The notes under the pieces are model-generated. The model saw nothing but the letters and a program-made list of their open reading frames with translations. It searched no databases and was not told the DNA's origin. Shown here piece by piece: positions 57,881-64,000 of a stretch of DNA of 64,000 nucleotides; position 1 is the first letter of the stretch, and each line of letters begins with the position of its first letter. Both the position numbers and the translations under genes were made by a program. Source of the stretch: Somniosus microcephalus (taxonomy: Eukaryota); assembly GCA_052327205.1 (NCBI GenBank), contig CM126209.1:49290001-49354000 (forward strand), in the 5' to 3' direction.

Positions 57881-58149
57881 ATACTGCACTGAAGTGCCAG
57901 CCATATTTTTTGCTCAAGTTTCTGGAATAGGCTCATACTCATGATCTTCTAACACAGAGGCAAGAGTGCTACCACTGAGCCATGGGTGGTTAACATGCTA
58001 ATGAGCTAACCTTTGATGTTATTTCTCCATAGTCTGTAAATAATAATGCTGAATCAGATGATTACAATTAGAGTTCCTCTCTGTGCTACTCCACAGTAAG
58101 ATCTCCATAGGTCAGCATTGCATAATTCTTAAAGAAGGTGAAGTCAAGT

Positions 58150-58920
58150 TTCAGACCACAACTAACCGTTACTGTCAGTGCATGTGTTAGCCATGTATCA
58201 CATTAAAGCTGTCATTGCAACAGATAGCATGGCATAGCATTGCTGTCTCTGTCTCTGTTGACTTAGGTACTGAGAAGACATTCCCCAATGGTTATTGCTG
58301 CATAGGTGGCATCTTGGTGGGGGCAGCCAATCAGGGAACACTGACTGTGTTGGTCACCCTGGCATGCCATTTTTTGTGTAGTAATACTGAAAGTATGACA
58401 TAGTGTGATTGGAGTGCATCTGAAGAAGTGTCCCAAGTTATGGTTAATGTAGCATTCACATATCTTAGTGATGCCATTAGGGGTCTGTTGTCACAGAAGC
58501 CTGCACCAGCACTGATCATCTGTGCAGTAGTATTTTCACCACTGTTTGCAGATTGCAGATGTGGGCATTGGCAGGTAGGCACAAAGCATCTCTTGCACAA
58601 CCTGATCTGCTTGGCATCCCGGCGTAGATCTACTTCTTCTTCCAAAAATATCAGATGGGGCCATGTCCACTGGGAAACCCATTGACGGCTACAGTGGTGC
58701 TACTGGAAAAATAATTAACACCAACTGATATAATGAGACCCCAAGTACCGGGGGGGGGGGGGGGGGTGGAAACAGTTAAGAAATGGTAAAAAATCAATTT
58801 AACTTTATATTACTGTATCCTTTGCAAGACCTCCATATACTTACCACCATTTAGCAACCTTGAATGTCCACTTGAAATGGACATACTTTAAATCAGGCAT
58901 CCTGCATGCTAGAACAATAG
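58150..58920. repeat. Unclassified old repeat, copy 2
   Basis: GGTGGCATCTTGGTGGGGGCAGCCAATCAG and flanks similar to 46240-46970. Confidence 0.55.
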
Positions 58921-59624
58921 ATTAAATTTTCCGGGCAACCTGCCCCCAAATTAGTATTAAAAGGAAATGGCTGGAGAGAATTGGTGTGAGCGCCTTGGAG
59001 GAGGAGATCTCACACTTCTTGGGTTTGATATCTCATGGAGTATAACTCCGGCGTTAGGTTTTCAAAGTGCTTAGGGGTGTGTTGACATGTTAAAACCTAC
59101 CTGGAGGTAATTTAAGTGTTTAGAGAGTGCAGAGAAGAACTGGTAGCTGCAGTATAAATGCGGCAAAAGGCGCATTTTAAAGTATTGATGCTGTTTACAG
59201 TGATTTACATGCAGATAAATAGATGGCTAGGAGTTCACTATAACATTGTAACAGACTCATAAACAGAAGAAACATGATATGGAGCTGTGGGATACAATCT
59301 ATAACGTACAAGTAGCTGATCTGATAACAAAGTCACAAGTGAGTTATGGTCAATGGCACAAGTGGGATATAGATTGTATCCCACAGATCCTCATCACAAT
59401 GATTCTGTTTATTAGTTTGTTTCAGTGTTATAACACATGTAACCACCTTTATACCACATGTCAAGTTAGTAATTAGAATGATAAAGGTTAGATATAAATT
59501 TCACTTTAAAAGAGAACAAAATTGTGCAGACTGTTGCGAAGTTCTAGTGTTGTCACTAATGGTTTTTCATAATGGTTTAATTTCTCAATCATGATTTAAT
59601 CTTGAAATACAAAAAATGTCACCG

Positions 59625-60122
59625 CATAGAAACATAGAAGATAGGAGCAGGAGTAGGCCATTCGGCCCCTTGAGCCTGCTCCGCCATTTAATGAGATCGT
59701 GGCTGATCATCCAAATTCAGTACCCTGTCCCTGCTTTCTCCCCATATCCCTTGATCCCTTTAGCCTTAAGAAATATATCTAACTCCTTCTTGAATATATT
59801 TAATGAATTGGCCTCAACTGCCTTCTGTGGTAGAGAATTCCACAGGTTCACCACTCTCTGGGTGAAGAAATTCCTCCTCATCTCAGTTCTAAATGGCTTA
59901 CCCCTTATCCTTAGACTGTGACCCCTGGTTCTGGACTCCCCCGCCATTGGGAACATCCTTCCTGCGTCTAGTCTGTCTAGTCCTGTTAGAATTTTTACCA
60001 CTCTTTTATAAAGGTTTAGCATAACTTCCTTGTTTTTGTATTCAATCCCCCTATTTATTTACAAAGCTTTCTTAACTGCCTTATCAACTTGATCTACCAC
60101 CTTCAAAGATTTGTGCATTTGC
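59625..60122 (-). mobile_element. CR1 3' fragment joined to a second short CR1 piece (~59998-60122)
   Basis: KILTGLDRLDAGRMFP...TRGHSLRIRG...FFTQRVVNLWNSLP; tail TTCTATGTTTCTATG. Confidence 0.88.
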
Positions 60123-62329
60123 ATGCAGTATGAGGATGTGTGGAATAAAAATAGGCATTTGCCTCAAGATGTCTGCTCCCTCAATGGAACCTATACAACT
60201 TATACTCTTATGGACTCTCCTTAGTTTATTTAAGGTGAGCAACCAAAAGTAAAAGTTCCAAGAGAAAACACAAGAATATTTTTCTTGGCTCTAGCAGGCA
60301 ATCAAGTGAACAATGCAGCATATTGATTTTACATTGTGGAATCTTGACAAATTGTTTTCTACAGATTACATTCTCATGGCTTCAATCAAACTGAATCATA
60401 ATGAAGACAAGATGCCTGTTCTTGGTATAGTTACTAGAAAAATCACTTGTCCCAAATAAAAGTTCCTTGTCCCAAATGCTATCAGAATTAGGTCAACCAT
60501 GAGTTCACAGATTTGCATGTTACCATTTAGCCAATCTGTACTCCAGCAGTTTTAATTTTGTTCCTTGCTGTACGTGAATCTAATCTATTCACCTTAGGAA
60601 CATCCAGCAGTAGATTTGTACTTTTTCTTGCAAAGGTTTGCACTTCCTAGACAGTCAGTTATTTTTTTTATCCTTGCTGACAATGAAAGCAGAAAGGAAC
60701 TTTAAAGATTAGGCATAAAGGCCTGTTCACTAGTATATTTGTATTGATGTAGACTGATGTGAGACAGAGTATTACATAATAATATGGAAATAGTGCTCTA
60801 GTTTAACAAGAGGAGTCACTTCTCAATATGTTGATCTGAATTATTTTGATTTTGTCTAACCTCAGACTTAAAACTCCAAAATATTCAGATTGCGTGTTAA
60901 TGCTGCAACAATAAATGAGAAAAGCAACATATTATTTCCTTAGTATTATGTTAACTTTACTGTGTGTTTTAATGAAACAGGCAGTCTACAGTGCAGTCAT
61001 TTTCATTTACTATTTCATGGCAACTGACCGTGATGGAGCATTCTGTTACTTCCCACAATGTATCATGTGTCAAGCCACACACACAGACTATTGAATTAAT
61101 ATAGATTAATATACTTTGCTTAATGTTGTGTGCGACATGGTTGTCCTTCAATTATCTACCAGTTTACTTGTTAATCAGATATTTGAAGGATAGGGTTTTG
61201 TGCCCAGGAACGTACACAATGAAAATCAATCAAATGTTCCTCATGAGGTTTAATATTTCCCTTTTGTGTTTGATTAGAATAAAAAAATACTTCTTGATCT
61301 CTGTAGTTTCTATGTTGGAAAATGTAAGTTATTAATATTAATGTGGCATATCTTTTGATATAATTATATTCATTGTGCAAAGTACTGCATAAATACCATA
61401 CTCAAACTGTTTGATGCGCTCTGCATTTTTATTCGTAAGACTTTTCATTACAGCATGCTATGATTTTTCAAGAGTTAGAAACGTGAGTGATTTTTGACTC
61501 TGTATATACACATCATTCTTATTAGCAAGCTATATACACCACATTTATCAAATTCCAAGATGATTATTTCTGATGCCTAAATTAGCAGAAGTGGCTGTTT
61601 TTCAGCAGTGCTTCTCAATTAATTGGAATTCTGTCCCTGTAAATAGGCTTATGCCAGTCAAAGGGTTAAAGTAATAAATGGTTGGTTTCTATAATATATC
61701 CTTATGATTTAAAATTTATATTATGTGCAAAGCAATAGACTTGAATGAGTTTTAAATTTACTGTAATAAACATGGTCCTTTAAGACACATTTTCTGGTAT
61801 TTCATCTTATATTACTTATAAAAATTAATTTTAACTACTTAATTCTTAATTATAATAATAATTCTTAGGCCCCAAATCAGTAATCCTTATGTTATTACTA
61901 TGTGTCATGTAATATAAGTCAAGCATGTCAGCTGTAGTCTCAGTGGTAGTAAAACCTGTTTAGAGCTGCATTAACATCAGTGGTAAATGATAGGCAAAGA
62001 AGACAATTCAAGTAAACATACATTGTAAGAGAAAGATCCTGGCAAAGAAAACAAACAAAAGATACTTTTGTACATACTCCTGGCTTTGTGAAATTTTAAA
62101 ATAAAATATGCATTTTTAATATTTTTCATATTAATACTGTGGTTTGGTCAATATATTTGAAAAGTGAACTTTAACTGTAAGACACTATCAACACAGATGC
62201 AATCTTTATATTTCTAGAACTAGTTGCTTTCCCATGGCATTGCTTGTGGGCACTTGCTGAGAGTAATGTTGGAATACTAGTCGTTGTTCTGCATGGGTAG
62301 GAAGAGAGGGAAGCTATGCCTAGGAATGG

Positions 62330-64000
62330 CTGCTGGGAGGGACTGGTGGAGTGACTGGACCGAGAGGGTGCCAGATGAAGATACATCTTGGAGCAAGTCA
62401 GTTGTTCTATTTTTAATCAACTGAGAGAAGATATAACAAGGCCCATGCCTCCATCAGGACCACAATTAAAAATACTATAGTCATTTTGAAGCAACACTTC
62501 CAGTGTTTGGAAAGGTCAGGGGCATCCTGCCAAAGTCTCCCAAATAATGTAGTTTGCTACATTCTTCACAATCTCACGATGAAAGAAGTCATCATCGGCA
62601 GGAGCTGCAGCAGGAGACTGAAGAAGAGATATCTGATGCCATTTAACAGGAGACACAGGGAGCAGAAGAGAAAAGCCCGTAGGCCCCGACAGCAGCTGGC
62701 AGACAAACTCAAAATGTCCTGATTGCAGCTTCCTCCACTCTCCATCACTCTTACCTGACAATAAATGTTAAACATCAGCAAACACTAATAACCCTCTACT
62801 TCAATCAGTGACACACAGTTCATCTTCTCTCATTACCTCGGCCTCATGAAACCAGCAGTTCACACTCCACACTCCACAAAATGCCATTTATTTCCCAGCA
62901 CTGCAGTATGTCTCTATGCCTAGTTCCTGCTACCATGGTACTTCCCTTCCAAACAGTTGGTGAATACTGTACTCACCTACCTATTCTGGTGCTTCTCAGT
63001 GAGACCTCTGTGGCAAGAGCCTGTGTGGCAGTTGCCATCTGCCTCCATAAGACATGCCTGGGATTGAGTAGACACTTGGATCTCTGTCAAGGGCCTGAAG
63101 GGCCTGCTTCAAGCTATGCCTGCTTTCTGTCTCCTGTGAAGTAATTAGATTGGTGTGGACGTGCGGTCATCTGGAGAAACAGCAACATCACCCATTGCTA
63201 CCTCTGGACAGCCCTTCTGGAAGGCTCAACGTCACAGTGCCTGCTGATCTGTGGGTGGCCAGACCCATGACATTACTGAAGATCCTATCGGAAGCTCTGT
63301 TCATTCAGTCAAACCGATCAAATAACTTGTCTAATTTCAGTCAAAGGCCTGTTTGGCAGTAGTCTGAACACTCACGAGAAATGCAAAGATTTGTACTATA
63401 AGAGGTTCTGCTGTGCAGGGCTGTGCTGCAAATGGTCCTGGAGATGTCCCTGGCTCCAATGCTGTCTGCATGCTTTATGTCTTGCCTGAGCACCCCACAA
63501 TTGTGGATTGCAGAGTCTTCCACTTTATCTGCCATGTGTCAGAACTGCTAGGCAGAGCCCCAAATGACTTGAACAGCCTCTTGTGCTCAGAATCATCCTC
63601 CTTTTAAAAGCTGAACCCTGGAAATCTAGATCCCTGGCCTCTCCAGCTGTGGATGGAGGCAATCTCACTCTCTGGTAAGGTGCTTTCTGTTCCTTTTTTC
63701 CCCATTTCTACCTGTTCCTATGCTCTGTGCATCTCCCAGTGTGCCTCCCTCCAACTGACTACCTACATCCCCCAGGTGGATGGCTTTGTATTGGTGCTTG
63801 GGAGAGTGAGATGCAATGATGTGGTGCCAAGCCAGATGCTTGTGAGAGACACATTGGGACGTCTTCTTCCTTACCCAGGAAACAGAAAGAGTAAACCGTT
63901 GGTAAAGGAAAATTGGGGCCTCTTATTTGAGACATGCCCAAAGCAGCAGCTGGCATGATGATGCAGGTAACTGCTAGCTTGTGCTCCTTTGCTTGTAGGA
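62330..64000. mobile_element. Decayed PIF/Harbinger remnant
   Basis: Plus strand ~62430-62600 reads YNKAHASIRTTIKNTIVILKQHFQCLERSG...CYILHNL, like the HARBI1-type transposase C-terminus (YNxxHxxTRxxIExxxGxLKxRFRCL...CxxLHN); right boundary uncertain. Confidence 0.6.

Larger units (their letters stand above)
56585..57982 (-). mobile_element. DeuSINE copy split in three by L2 and CR1 insertions
   Basis: Tail 56585-56680, core ~57016-57250, head ~57881-57982 (GTGCTACCACTGAGCCA); pieces are collinear. Confidence 0.75.

Overview
Vertebrate genomic DNA, most likely a cartilaginous fish judging by its Deu-type SINE, CR1, L2 and Penelope-like repeats. The only host protein-coding gene I can support is EBF3 (COE family) on the minus strand: coding exons 1-6 (22627 to 16419) encode the N-terminal ~185 aa of the COE DNA-binding domain, including the zinc knuckle. 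Bases 1-16418 are the long intron 6; exon 7 onward was not found. About 11.1-33.7 kb has no recognisable transposons and carries many regulatory-looking blocks. The flanks are repeat-rich: nested LINE/CR1/MITE insertions, PIF/Harbinger elements and MITEs, DeuSINEs, L2, and a complete but inactivated Gypsy element (50088-55127, 214-bp LTRs, AAAGG TSD). The top lead is a CpG promoter ~8.5 kb upstream with two candidate minus-strand exons that could splice in frame into an internal CAG of EBF3 exon 1, giving an N-terminally extended isoform. There is a 140-N assembly gap in intron 5. No alignments could be run, so all conservation statements are inference.
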